Source of the DNA: an uncultured Chloroflexia bacterium
GTDB lineage: Bacteria > Chloroflexota > Chloroflexia > Thermomicrobiales > UBA6265
Length of the DNA stretch: 64,000 bases
Assembly (NCBI GenBank): GCA_963712055.1
Contig: CAVQGN010000003.1
Span: 625,114 to 689,113 of the forward strand
Direction: 5' to 3'
Shown here piece by piece: positions 1 through 8,391 of this stretch; position 1 is the stretch's first letter; the number at the start of each line of letters is the position of its first letter. Below the pieces are notes generated by a model that had not been told where the DNA came from, did no database searches, and saw only the letters and a program-made list of their open reading frames with translations. Made by a program: the position numbers and the translations under genes.

Positions 1-414
1 GTTGTTGATTCTGATGTGGTTATCATCGATGACGAGATCGATACCGCTGGTTCGATCACGCAAGCAGCGGCAGTCTGTCTGGAGAATGGTGCATCGAAGG
101 TCTACGCTACCTGTACCCATGCCGTTCTTTCCGGGCCTGCGCTCGAACGTCTCGAAGCTTCACCGATAGCGGAGGTGGTGATGACCAACACGATAGCGCA
201 TCCGACCCAGGTGATGTTGACAAAGATGGTGGAGCTCTCGGTGGCGCCACTATTGGCAGAAACCATCGAAAGGATTCATGCAGGCGCGAGTGTGTCGGCG
301 GCTTTCCGATCCCCGGATGCGCTCCCGGACAGTTTTCAGTCGCGTTTCCCGAACTTTGAGAGTATTGGTAGTCTTTCTGTCGCAGGCGTTCTTGACACCG
401 ACGACGATCACTAG
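1..414 (+). CDS. prs: ribose-phosphate pyrophosphokinase, C-terminal part (5' end lies outside the window)
   Basis: Frame 1 is open from nt 1 (VVDSDVVIIDDEIDTAGSITQAA). It carries the PRPP-binding loop DDxxDTxGS typical of Prs, followed by the C-terminal Prs-like sequence. Confidence 0.85.
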   Translation, partial: VVDSDVVIIDDEIDTAGSITQAAAVCLENGASKVYATCTHAVLSGPALERLEASPIAEVVMTNTIAHPTQVMLTKMVELSVAPLLAETIERIHAGASVSAAFRSPDALPDSFQSRFPNFESIGSLSVAGVLDTDDDH

Positions 415-431
415 GAACTGGGTTTACAAGA

Positions 432-1016
432 ATGGTGTTATCGGACCGAGATATCGTCAAAGCACTCGAAGAAGGGCGAATTGGGATCGCTCCGTTTCCC
501 GATCTGGCTGTTCAGCTGGGTTCAGTCTCGGTTGATTTCCGTCTCGGTCGGACGTTTATGATGTTCGAGCATTCCCGTCATAGTTTCATCGATCCGCGGC
601 ATCCGCAGTCAATCGGTGACGCCATGCGCACGATCGAGGTCGAGGGCGACGATCCGTTTATCATGCAGCCGGGCGATTTCGCGCTGGCATCGACCATGGA
701 AACACTCGAACTTCCTGATGATCTCCTTGGGCGTCTTGAAGGCCGGTCGAGCATTGCCCGGCTTGGAATCACTGTGCATTCGACGGCGGCGGTTTTCGAG
801 CCGGGTTGGAACGGCACGGCAACGATGGAACTCAGCAACCTCGGCCGGATGGCCGTTGCTCTCTATCCGGGTATGAGAATTTGCGCGTTTTCGTTCGAAA
901 CACTGAGTTCTCCCGTCAAGACGCCATATCGGAATAAGCTGAACAACAAATACGCCGGACAGCAGACACCGCGCGCGAGTCTGCTGTCGGAGGAGATCAG
1001 AGCCGAAACGAGTTGA
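432..1016 (+). CDS. dcd: dCTP deaminase
   Basis: 194 aa. The N-terminus MVLSDRDIVKALEEGRIGIAPF and GRLEGRSSIARLGITVH are characteristic of the Dcd/dUTPase-fold family. Confidence 0.9.
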   Translation: MVLSDRDIVKALEEGRIGIAPFPDLAVQLGSVSVDFRLGRTFMMFEHSRHSFIDPRHPQSIGDAMRTIEVEGDDPFIMQPGDFALASTMETLELPDDLLGRLEGRSSIARLGITVHSTAAVFEPGWNGTATMELSNLGRMAVALYPGMRICAFSFETLSSPVKTPYRNKLNNKYAGQQTPRASLLSEEIRAETS

Positions 1017-1022
1017 GCGGAG

Positions 1023-1038
1023 TGTTTCACGTGAAACA
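1023..1038. promoter_or_regulatory. parS: parS (ParB/Spo0J binding site), perfect consensus palindrome
   Basis: Exact 16-nt palindrome TGTTTCACGTGAAACA read directly. It matches the published parS consensus tGTTNCACGTGAAACa. It sits 7 nt after the dcd stop. Confidence 0.8.
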
Positions 1039-1084
1039 TACGAGCGTGATCGAATGAGCTGGTCAAACAAGACCAGGAAGCGGA

Positions 1085-1480
1085 GTGAAGGTCGTGGCAG
1101 TAGCAGAGTTGGAAGCAATCAGAGACCGGGTGCTGCCGATGTTCGAATTGGTTGCCGAGGAATATGGACCCAGAACACCAGCTGGTTATCCTGAGATCCT
1201 GGACGACCCGGAACGAGGCGTCATTGGACTCCTCCTGGATCCATCCTTTTCGATCCACTTCGTTTCAGATGGCACCGGACTGTTTGTCGACATGATGACC
1301 CGCTCATCCCGCAACGATGCTCGCTCGAGCGCGAGTCGCGAAAAATACGCGGGGATGCCGTTCAATGATCACCGCGCGCTGAATCCGTCGGTCACCGACC
1401 AGGAACTGCGCAACTTGATCGCAGAACTGCTTTCCCGCTGGAACACGCAACCATCCATCATCCATATGACGGATACCTAG
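1085..1480 (+). CDS. hypothetical protein (131 aa), flanked by the two parS sites
   Basis: GTG start preceded by GGAAGCGGAG. The ORF fills the gap between dcd and the terminator. I recognise no family. Confidence 0.5.
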   Translation: MKVVAVAELEAIRDRVLPMFELVAEEYGPRTPAGYPEILDDPERGVIGLLLDPSFSIHFVSDGTGLFVDMMTRSSRNDARSSASREKYAGMPFNDHRALNPSVTDQELRNLIAELLSRWNTQPSIIHMTDT

Positions 1481-1507
1481 GTCGCCACCCCAACAAATTT
1501 GGATGAC

Positions 1508-1537
1508 AAACGCGCCGGGCAATTGCCCGGCGCGTTT
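1508..1537. terminator. bidirectional rho-independent terminator between convergent genes
   Basis: AAACGCGCCGGGC-AATT-GCCCGGCGCGTTT. It has a perfect 10-bp GC stem with an A-tract on the left and a T-tract on the right. Confidence 0.7.
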
Positions 1538-1538
1538 G

Positions 1539-1554
1539 TGTTTCACGTGAAACA
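1539..1554. promoter_or_regulatory. parS: parS (ParB/Spo0J binding site), second perfect copy
   Basis: Exact TGTTTCACGTGAAACA, lying between the terminator hairpin and the ndk stop codon, 516 nt from the first copy. Confidence 0.8.
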
Positions 1555-1557
1555 GTG

Positions 1558-2019
1558 CTAGCTGTCGAGAATCCACGGATCGACGGTGCGATCATAAGTA
1601 GGGAGGGGCGTCTCGCCGAAAAACAACGCGACTTCTCGTTCCGCACTTTCCGCTTTGTCGGACGCGTGGATCAGATTTCGGCCTACGGTTAAACCATAAT
1701 CACCGCGTATCGTTCCTGGCGCAGCTTCAACCGGGCGGGTAGCGCCGACCGTCGAACGCGTGATGGCAATAGCATCCGGTCCTTCGAGAACCATCGTCAC
1801 TGATGGTCCCGACGTGATATAGGAGACTAATGACTCGTAAAAGCCTTTGCCTTCATGTTCAGCATAGTGGCGCTGGGCCAGTTCGCGGTCGATATGCTGC
1901 AACTGCATGCCGACAATCTTCAAACCGCGGCGTTCCAGACGGGAGATCACCTCGCCGGTCAATCCGCGCTGAACAGCATCCGGTTTGATAATGACGAGTG
2001 TTCGCTCTGCGTGGCTCAC
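1558..2019 (-). CDS. ndk: nucleoside-diphosphate kinase
   Basis: ERTLVIIKPDAVQRGL and NLIHASD (active-site His context) are present. I place the start at GTG 2019 because GGAGG lies 6 nt upstream. The track ORF extends to a TTG at 2049. Confidence 0.92.
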   Translation of the reverse strand: MSHAERTLVIIKPDAVQRGLTGEVISRLERRGLKIVGMQLQHIDRELAQRHYAEHEGKGFYESLVSYITSGPSVTMVLEGPDAIAITRSTVGATRPVEAAPGTIRGDYGLTVGRNLIHASDKAESAEREVALFFGETPLPTYDRTVDPWILDS

Positions 2020-2104
2020 GATAATCCTCCGATGGCGATCGAATCCCAAGCCTGTCAGCTGATGACAGCGACTGGCCAGCCTAGCACAAGTGCTTTCATC
2101 GCCG

Positions 2105-2281
2105 CTATTCGGCTGGTGGAGATTCGTCGGGATCGACTACCGACGAGACTGGTTTGACTGGTTTTCGATTCTTTCGGGAGCGGAGACTGGCTTGCTTGAG
2201 TGACCAAAGCGTAACGATAACGGCGATCGCGAGAGGGACGAGGATCACCAGAGCAAGGAGAAGATATTCAGTCGCGGACAT
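2105..2281 (-). CDS. small predicted membrane protein (58 aa), below the ORF-track cutoff
   Basis: My own translation gives MSATEYLLLALVILVPLAIAVIVTLWSLKQASLRSRKNRKPVKPVSSVVDPDESPPAE. It has one hydrophobic helix followed by a basic tail, and it fills the gap upstream of ndk. Confidence 0.3.
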   Translation of the reverse strand: MSATEYLLLALVILVPLAIAVIVTLWSLKQASLRSRKNRKPVKPVSSVVDPDESPPAE

Positions 2282-2399
2282 ACTTCACTTTCAACGATGC
2301 AGGCGGGCGGCCAACCGCAAGCAGTTTACCGGGTAGCCGCTTGTCAGGTCGGTTGCTGGGTGGCACTATGACAAGCGAGAACCAGATAGGGGCACCACC

Positions 2400-2759
2400 A
2401 TGAACTACAACGCCCATCACCATCCGCCTTTACTCGTCGACGACGACGAGGAGTTTGGCGTTCCGCGTGGCGTCCTTCTGCTGGCGGCCTCGATCGCGAT
2501 CGCCTGGATCGCCTTGGTGGCGGCGGTTTTCGTGATCGATTTCTCTGGTTTGAGCATAGTCTTCGTGCTGGTCGCGTCATGGACCTGGGTGCTGGGTGGC
2601 GGTCTCCTGGTCGCTGGGCCACTGATCTATCAAGTTCGTTTGCGTCGAGTCCGCAAACGCCGAGCCGCCCTCCAACGATCAGAATGGCTCGTCAGCGAAT
2701 CGTCGGACGGCCGATCGAGCGCGAGTGATATTGGGAAAGAACCGTCAAGAGAGATCTAG
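2400..2759 (+). CDS. hypothetical membrane protein (119 aa)
   Basis: Two clear hydrophobic helices (LLLAASIAIAWIALVAAVFVI and VFVLVASWTWVLGGGLLVAGPLI) followed by a basic stretch. Confidence 0.5.
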   Translation: MNYNAHHHPPLLVDDDEEFGVPRGVLLLAASIAIAWIALVAAVFVIDFSGLSIVFVLVASWTWVLGGGLLVAGPLIYQVRLRRVRKRRAALQRSEWLVSESSDGRSSASDIGKEPSREI

Positions 2760-2948
2760 CGCAGGTCCCGGAAATGCCGAGCCCCCTGTTGCAGCAGGGG
2801 GCCCCGCGGGGGTCACGCATTGGCCGACGAGGGAAGGGGGAAGCCGACCAGTGCACTTCCTAGATGATACGCGTGACCTGATGTCAAAACACCGGCCTGA
2901 TCGGATAGCAAGACCGGTCCGTTTGGACCGAATTCTGTGACAATTGGT

Positions 2949-3635
2949 TCAAGGAACCCCATCGCGGTTGCTGGTCACTGGTTCGTACGCTCGCATCATC
3001 GCAAGCAGAATCTGGTCGATGAAATCGTCGATTCCGATGAAAAGGCGAGCGGCCCGGCGAGCGGGGAGCCGTTCTTCCTCGATCATGCTGAGAACAGCTC
3101 TCACGGTCGGAAAGCGGAAGTAAAGGAATGCCTCGATCGTTTCCGTGGTGCCGAGACCGGCCAGTGCTGCTGATTGCCCGTAGTAGGCACCGATCTGTCG
3201 CCCTTCCTCCAGGAGTCGTTCCCGATCCGCGCTACCAGAGTTCGAGGCATACCGAATCGCGAGATCGACCAGTTGCCGACCGAGTTTACGGTGTTCTTCC
3301 TGACGTTCCGAGCCAAACGCCTTGAACCAGGGGCGATTCCGGGCTTCGCGCACATAGTCGTCTGCGTAGGCCGAAAGCGAGCGATCGGTTAACTGCTGGC
3401 GAGACATCCGCGGCCGGGGCGTGGTCTTCGGTTCGCCGGCGATCAGGAGCTGCAACTGATCCTCCGCATAGCGGCGGTGTCCTCCTGGGGTTAGAAATGT
3501 TGGCACTCGTCCCTCATCGGTCCAGCGGCGGAGTGTTCCCAAACTGACCCCGAGATACTCGGCAGCCTCCTTGATCGATAACCAATGCGTCGGAGGCGCT
3601 TCTGACACATTCAGAGGCTTGTTTTTGGCCGACAT
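2949..3635 (-). CDS. MerR/excisionase-type HTH DNA-binding protein with a C-terminal domain of about 150 aa
   Basis: LSIKEAAEYLGVSLGTLRRWTDEGRVPTFLTPGGHRRY matches the MerR/BldC/excisionase HTH signature (GGHRRY). GGAG lies upstream of the ATG at 3635. Confidence 0.75.
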   Translation of the reverse strand: MSAKNKPLNVSEAPPTHWLSIKEAAEYLGVSLGTLRRWTDEGRVPTFLTPGGHRRYAEDQLQLLIAGEPKTTPRPRMSRQQLTDRSLSAYADDYVREARNRPWFKAFGSERQEEHRKLGRQLVDLAIRYASNSGSADRERLLEEGRQIGAYYGQSAALAGLGTTETIEAFLYFRFPTVRAVLSMIEEERLPARRAARLFIGIDDFIDQILLAMMRAYEPVTSNRDGVP

Positions 3636-3699
3636 CGTAACTCCAATCGCCTGCTCAGAAACCGCAGTCGGGGTCTACGCTCCGGGTCTGCTGCTATCG

Positions 3700-5169
3700 C
3701 TAACTGCTAGAGAGCAGGTTCTGGCGAATAGACATAACGTGCGTGCGTAGGTTGGCGTCCTCGCGCAGCTGGGATTCGATTTTCTCAATGCCATGCATTG
3801 CCGTCGTATGGTCGCGTCCGCCCAGAGCGCGTCCGATGTCAACCAGTGATGCGTGCGTTTCTTCGCGAAGAAGATACATCGCGATCTGTCGCGGAAGAAC
3901 CACATCCTTTGAGCGATTCCTACCGGTCAACGCGGCGATCGGAAGTTGGAAGTAGTCTGACACCGCTTGCAGGACGTCAGCCTCGCGGATATCGTCACGA
4001 CGGGTGCCAGCTCGACCGTCCGACAACGCTTCGATCACCAGAGCCAAGGTGGGTGGGCTGTTGTTGATCCGAGAATAGGCGATCGCTCGATTCAGCGCGC
4101 CTTCAAGTTCGCGGGTGTTCGTCTGATCCCGCTGAGCGATGTACTCGATTGCATCATCGGGAATGCGAAGCTTCAGTTCTTCCGCTTTGGTCCGAAGAAT
4201 CGCGATCCGCATTTCAAAATCAGGCGGCTGGACATCGGCGGTCAGTCCGCCTTCAAAACGAGAGCGAAGTCGATCTTCGATGCCAGCAATCGCCCCCGGC
4301 GGACGATCGCTCGAGATCACCACCTGTTTGCCATCCTGATAGAGGGCATTGAACGTGTGAAAGAACTCTTCCTGGGTGCTGTCCTTGCCCCCGATGAACT
4401 GGATATCGTCGATCATGAGCAGATCGATCGCCCGGTATCGCGCCCGAAACTCCTCCATCCGCTGCGCTCGAATCGAGGCAATCAGGTCGATAGTGAATCG
4501 TTCCGACGACACGTAAAGCACGCTCATGTTCGGCCGCAGTTCGAGCGCCCGGTGACCGATGGCGTGGAGGAGATGGGTTTTGCCGAGACCGACGCCACCG
4601 TGGATATAGAGCGGGTTGTATTGAGCGCCGGGATGCTCCGCTACGGCGAGCGACGCCGCATGAGCAAACATGTTCGACTTGCCGACCACGTAGGTCTCGA
4701 AGAGATAGCGATCGTTGAGACCATGGTTCGTGGGCGACGAAAGCTGGAGTTGACCCTTGCTCTCGGCTTTGGCCGCTGGCGATGATGGACGAGTCGATTC
4801 CCGACCACCTCGACCGCGGTTCAGCGTGGTTGTCGAAACAGACGGTCTGGTGGCTGGTTGCTCTGGGGCTTCGAGTCCATTGCCTGCTACCGAACCAGTA
4901 GCGTTGGGGTTGCGCTCAGTGACGACCGTGAACACCACGTCGACCGGTCGTCCAATGACATCCGAGAGCGCTTGGGCGATCGTTTCGGCATACCGACTCT
5001 GGAGGGTGGACGCGCCAAACGTGTTGGCCGCTGCGACAGTGGCAACGCCGTCAGCAAAATCGACCAGCTCCGCTGGTTTGATCCAGTTGTCGAACGCTGT
5101 CTTGGAAACTCGACGTTCGAGATCGCCGAGAACAGTTTGCCAAAGTTGGTTGGCCTGCAATTGCACGGG
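3700..5169 (-). CDS. dnaA: chromosomal replication initiator protein DnaA
   Basis: Walker A GGVGLGKTHLLHAIG, the AAA+ core, and the C-terminal DNA-binding domain (RQIAMYLLRE, HTTAMHG) are present. The start is uncertain. The track ORF reaches 5280, but its first codons lie inside a terminator hairpin and U-tract. GTG 5169 gives the usual N-terminus (VQLQANQLWQTVL) and GTG 5232 is an alternative. Confidence 0.93.
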   Translation of the reverse strand, partial: PVQLQANQLWQTVLGDLERRVSKTAFDNWIKPAELVDFADGVATVAAANTFGASTLQSRYAETIAQALSDVIGRPVDVVFTVVTERNPNATGSVAGNGLEAPEQPATRPSVSTTTLNRGRGGRESTRPSSPAAKAESKGQLQLSSPTNHGLNDRYLFETYVVGKSNMFAHAASLAVAEHPGAQYNPLYIHGGVGLGKTHLLHAIGHRALELRPNMSVLYVSSERFTIDLIASIRAQRMEEFRARYRAIDLLMIDDIQFIGGKDSTQEEFFHTFNALYQDGKQVVISSDRPPGAIAGIEDRLRSRFEGGLTADVQPPDFEMRIAILRTKAEELKLRIPDDAIEYIAQRDQTNTRELEGALNRAIAYSRINNSPPTLALVIEALSDGRAGTRRDDIREADVLQAVSDYFQLPIAALTGRNRSKDVVLPRQIAMYLLREETHASLVDIGRALGGRDHTTAMHGIEKIESQLREDANLRTHVMSIRQNLLSSS

Positions 5170-5268
5170 TTTCAGACCTTCGGGTGACCGCACGACAAGA
5201 TCGGGCGGACTGCGAGAACAGTGATGATACACCGGCCGGGAGGGGTCGGCAGCTTTTGGGGAGCTCTG

Positions 5269-5305
5269 GAAGAAAAACATTGGCCCGGCGAAAGCCGGGC
5301 CAATG
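5269..5305 (-). terminator. rho-independent terminator downstream of the TerC-family gene
   Basis: The minus strand reads CATTGGCCCGGC-TTTC-GCCGGGCCAATG followed by TTTTTCTT. The stem is 12 bp. It overlaps the nominal ATG and Phe codons of the longest dnaA ORF. Confidence 0.6.
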
Positions 5306-5418
5306 CGGGAAGGGGAGGGTGGAGCGTGTGCGGCGCTCCACTGGGCTTGGGAGAGAGCACGTCATGTGCATTCGGTGCTCTCGAATCAATCTACGCACGA
5401 CCCACGAGATTGGTTCTA

Positions 5419-6153
5419 TCAGGATGTCGAGGGTGCTTCCGACTCAGTCTCAGTTGTCATGCGCGCTACAGTGTGGGTCTGTGCAGCCATCGCTTTCGCC
5501 GCTCTCATCCCGCTATAGATCGCAATTGCTGAGAGAACGCCGGCCACCGCAAGGATTTCGTGAAGTTCCAGGTGGACGATCTTCTGGACGTATTCGTCTT
5601 CAAAGATCATCCGCACGGCTGTAAACACCAGAATCACCACGCCAACATAGACGAGCACCGGCAAACGGCCCATCAATCTGGCGATCACCGCGCTTCCGAG
5701 CAGGAGGAGCGGAATCGAGAGAGCAAGTCCGAAGATCAGCAGTCCTTGATGGCCATGAGCGGCTCCGCCCACGGCAAGGATGTTGTCCAGACTCATCACA
5801 ACATCCGCCAAGATGATGGTTTTGACCGCTGTCATCAGTGAATCGGCTTCAGTGACGTTGACCGAATGATCGATCGGTCGCACAAGTTTGAACGCGATGT
5901 AGATCAGGAGGACACCGCCGAAAGCTTGCAGCAGCGGGATATCGAGCAGATATGATGCCAGGATTGTGAAGATCACCCTCAAAACGACCGCGCCCAGCCC
6001 ACCGAGGATGATGGCTCGTTTGCGGCTGGCAGGTGGAAGCGAACGGGAGGCCATACCGATGACAACGGCATTGTCTCCGGAAAGCACAAGGTCGATCACG
6101 ATGATCGAGAGGATCTTGGTGATGAATTCGAAATCCAAGAATTTCTCCAGCAT
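5419..6153 (-). CDS. TerC/YjbE-family integral membrane protein
   Basis: The duplicated TerC motifs DNAVVIGMA and SLDNILAVGGAA are present, with multiple TM helices. ATG 6153 is preferred. A TTG at 6177 is also possible. Confidence 0.85.
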   Translation of the reverse strand: MLEKFLDFEFITKILSIIVIDLVLSGDNAVVIGMASRSLPPASRKRAIILGGLGAVVLRVIFTILASYLLDIPLLQAFGGVLLIYIAFKLVRPIDHSVNVTEADSLMTAVKTIILADVVMSLDNILAVGGAAHGHQGLLIFGLALSIPLLLLGSAVIARLMGRLPVLVYVGVVILVFTAVRMIFEDEYVQKIVHLELHEILAVAGVLSAIAIYSGMRAAKAMAAQTHTVARMTTETESEAPSTS

Positions 6154-6260
6154 TGACGCCGGTGGAGAATCGACCAAGCCTGAAGATTTTCAGGCCTGGG
6201 TCGACAGGGGAGGAGCGAGCGTCACAAATATCCGAAGTCTAGCGCAGACCGCTCGTAGTG

Positions 6261-6809
6261 CTATCCCTCAGACGTCATGATTTCGAATGAGATGATTGAT
6301 TCCACAGGTTTCCGCGAGTCGCGTTTCGGCGGTCTTGATTCCCCGGCGGCAGGAATGCCGAGTGAAATGATCGTCTGCAGTTGGAGCTCAGCGGGAACTC
6401 CGAGAAGCGTCTTGACCTCATCTGAGGCAGCGTCCGGTCTCAGCCAGCCGATGCACGATCCAACTCCATGAGCATGCGCGGCCAGCATGATTCGTTCTGC
6501 CACCCGGCCTTCATCGAAGGCCTCGTCAGTCGCGTTGTCGTTGGCGAGGACGATGGCGATTGCCAATCGCGCATTGCGAACGTGACCCGCATGGCTGCTG
6601 GAACTGGCGATCGCAGTGAGGGTGTCCTGGTTCTCGATGACGATGAAGTGCCATGGCTGTTGATTCATGGCGCTACCGGACCACCGAGCCACGGTAAGAA
6701 TGTCTGCAAGTACGCCAGCGGGAATCGGAGTGGTAGCAAAGGACCGGGTCGCGCGCAATGAACGCAGAAACTCGATCGTGCTCGCCGTCTGACTATCAGA
6801 GGCGTTCAT
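6261..6809 (-). CDS. nitroreductase family protein
   Basis: LRATRSF...NQQPWHFIVI is the nitroreductase-fold signature. Its ATG overlaps the ctaB stop (ATGA at 6806-6809). Confidence 0.8.
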   Translation of the reverse strand: MNASDSQTASTIEFLRSLRATRSFATTPIPAGVLADILTVARWSGSAMNQQPWHFIVIENQDTLTAIASSSSHAGHVRNARLAIAIVLANDNATDEAFDEGRVAERIMLAAHAHGVGSCIGWLRPDAASDEVKTLLGVPAELQLQTIISLGIPAAGESRPPKRDSRKPVESIISFEIMTSEG

Positions 6810-7768
6810 CCTCCCAGGACCAGACGGTCGACCGCCATAGCGCCAAAGATCAGGAAGAGATACCAGAGGGAATAGAAAAAGGTCAGCCGGGCGTCGTGTT
6901 TCGACCCGGACTTATAGAGCTTGTAGGCCAGGAAAACAAAGATTCCATTCAAGACCACGGCTGAGACGAGGTAGATCTCGCCGAGACCGAATGGAGCCAG
7001 AAGAAAAGACACGGAAACCATCAGCACGGTGTAAAGCAGGATTTGTCGCCGGGTTTCCATTTCCCCCGATACATTGGGCAGCATCGGCACATCGGCGCGA
7101 CCGTAGTCACCCTGCTTGAGCAGCGCCAACGCCCAGAAATGCGGCGGTGTCCAGTAGTAGATCAAGGCAAACATCAGTACCGGCGCAACAGCAAGACTGC
7201 CCGTGACGGCTGCCCAACCGACCAGAGGCGGCATCGCGCCGGCAGCACCACCGATGACGATGTTTTGCGGAGTGCGCCGTTTGAGCAACAAGGTATAGAT
7301 CAAGACATAGTACAGACTGCCAATCAGCGCCAGCAAAGCGGCTAGCCAATTGGCGAACACGGTCAGAATGACCACCGCGAGGACATTCAGCGTGATCCCA
7401 TAGATGAGAGCGGCATTCGGCGAAATACGGCCCGTGGCCGTTGGTCGATTTTTGGTCCGGGCCATCAACTTGTCAATATCGCGGTCGATATAGCAGTTGA
7501 GCGTGTTGGCGCCTCCAGCGGCGAGAACGCCCCCTATGAGGGACCAAAAGACGAGAGAGAATGCCGGAAAGCCCTCGGCGGCGACCATCATGCCAGCGAG
7601 TTGCGTCGCGATCAGGAGACTGAGAATCCCCGGTTTCATCAGCGAAACGTAGTCAGACACCGTCTGACGTATGCCCACCAAACCGGACGCGGTCTGGGCG
7701 GCTGACTGAACAACAAATGGTGACGCTGGCGCCTGGCCGAAGGTGTTGTCCCGCTCGTCCGCGGTCAT
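6806..7768 (-). CDS. ctaB: protoheme IX farnesyltransferase (heme O synthase)
   Basis: UbiA-family motifs NCYIDRDIDKLMARTKNRP are present, with about 9 TM helices and a typical length of 320 aa. Confidence 0.9.
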   Translation of the reverse strand: MTADERDNTFGQAPASPFVVQSAAQTASGLVGIRQTVSDYVSLMKPGILSLLIATQLAGMMVAAEGFPAFSLVFWSLIGGVLAAGGANTLNCYIDRDIDKLMARTKNRPTATGRISPNAALIYGITLNVLAVVILTVFANWLAALLALIGSLYYVLIYTLLLKRRTPQNIVIGGAAGAMPPLVGWAAVTGSLAVAPVLMFALIYYWTPPHFWALALLKQGDYGRADVPMLPNVSGEMETRRQILLYTVLMVSVSFLLAPFGLGEIYLVSAVVLNGIFVFLAYKLYKSGSKHDARLTFFYSLWYLFLIFGAMAVDRLVLGG

Positions 7769-7929
7769 AGATGCTCCCCGACTGGAATGGGCAGGAGCAG
7801 ACCCATCAATAAGCTCTGCTCATACGTCCTGCAATTCTACTCTGATGCTCTCATCTTCCGGAACTCAGCCTGACCGGACGGCGCGGAATCGGCGCGTCAA
7901 AACCGTAGCCGGTAGCGGAGGAGACAAGA

Positions 7930-8391
7930 TCAGGATCGGGCGAGACGCGATGGAGAGCCATCCCAGAGCGTAGCCCGCTCGGTCACTTCAACCACATTGC
8001 CGTCCGGATCGTCGAGATAGATCGCCAGATTTCCGGGACCGAATTCCCACCCTGATTCGACGTCGTGACCCCGTTCACGCAATCGCTCCTCTATCGCGCT
8101 CAGGGTTCCAATCGGCACCCGTAGAGCCAGATGAACGTGGGCTCCACCCCGGCAGCCGTGAATACCGGCGGCCCCGCCGGTTTCGGGGGGCCAGAGACTG
8201 AGAAACGATTCGTTGCCGAGCGCAAGCCAGGTGGCCGGGCGGTCATCGGTCCAGCGGTCGACGATCGGAAGTCCGATATCGTCGTGATAGAAGCGCTCGG
8301 CACGTTCGAGATCCTGCACTTCGAGAACGATTTCGAATAACCCGACGACGGGCGGCGGCGAGGACTCGGGAGCAGTGTCCATTGAGCTCAT
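7930..8391 (-). CDS. VOC (glyoxalase/bleomycin-resistance/dioxygenase) family protein
   Basis: FEIVLEVQDLERAERFYHDDIGL is a VOC betaalphabetabetabeta module. The start at ATG 8391 forms an ATGA overlap with the upstream NAT stop. Confidence 0.75.
   Translation of the reverse strand: MSSMDTAPESSPPPVVGLFEIVLEVQDLERAERFYHDDIGLPIVDRWTDDRPATWLALGNESFLSLWPPETGGAAGIHGCRGGAHVHLALRVPIGTLSAIEERLRERGHDVESGWEFGPGNLAIYLDDPDGNVVEVTERATLWDGSPSRLARS

Noticed and set aside
2780-2830. GC-rich hairpins (CCCCCTGTTGCAGCAGGGGG and CCCCGCGGGG) between convergent genes as terminators
   Set aside because: The stems are plausible, but no U-tract follows on either strand, so I did not call a terminator.
3967-4785. 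272-aa ORF on the + strand inside dnaA, plus several other + strand ORFs at 3743-5224
   Set aside because: It is antisense to a gene with unmistakable DnaA motifs, and the sequence is Arg/Pro/Ser-rich as expected of GC-rich antisense frames.
5306-5418. oriC / DnaA-box cluster next to dnaA
   Set aside because: I found no TTATCCACA-like 9-mers in either intergenic region flanking dnaA (this one or 3636-3699), allowing about 1 mismatch, and no AT-rich unwinding element.
6154-6260. Possible yybP-ykoY (Mn) riboswitch upstream of the TerC-family gene
   Set aside because: The GGGGAG-containing stretch (CAGGGGAGGAGCG) is on the + strand, which is the wrong strand for the minus-strand gene. The minus-strand leader lacks the conserved riboswitch core as far as I can see. 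A covariance-model (Rfam RF00080) scan would settle it.
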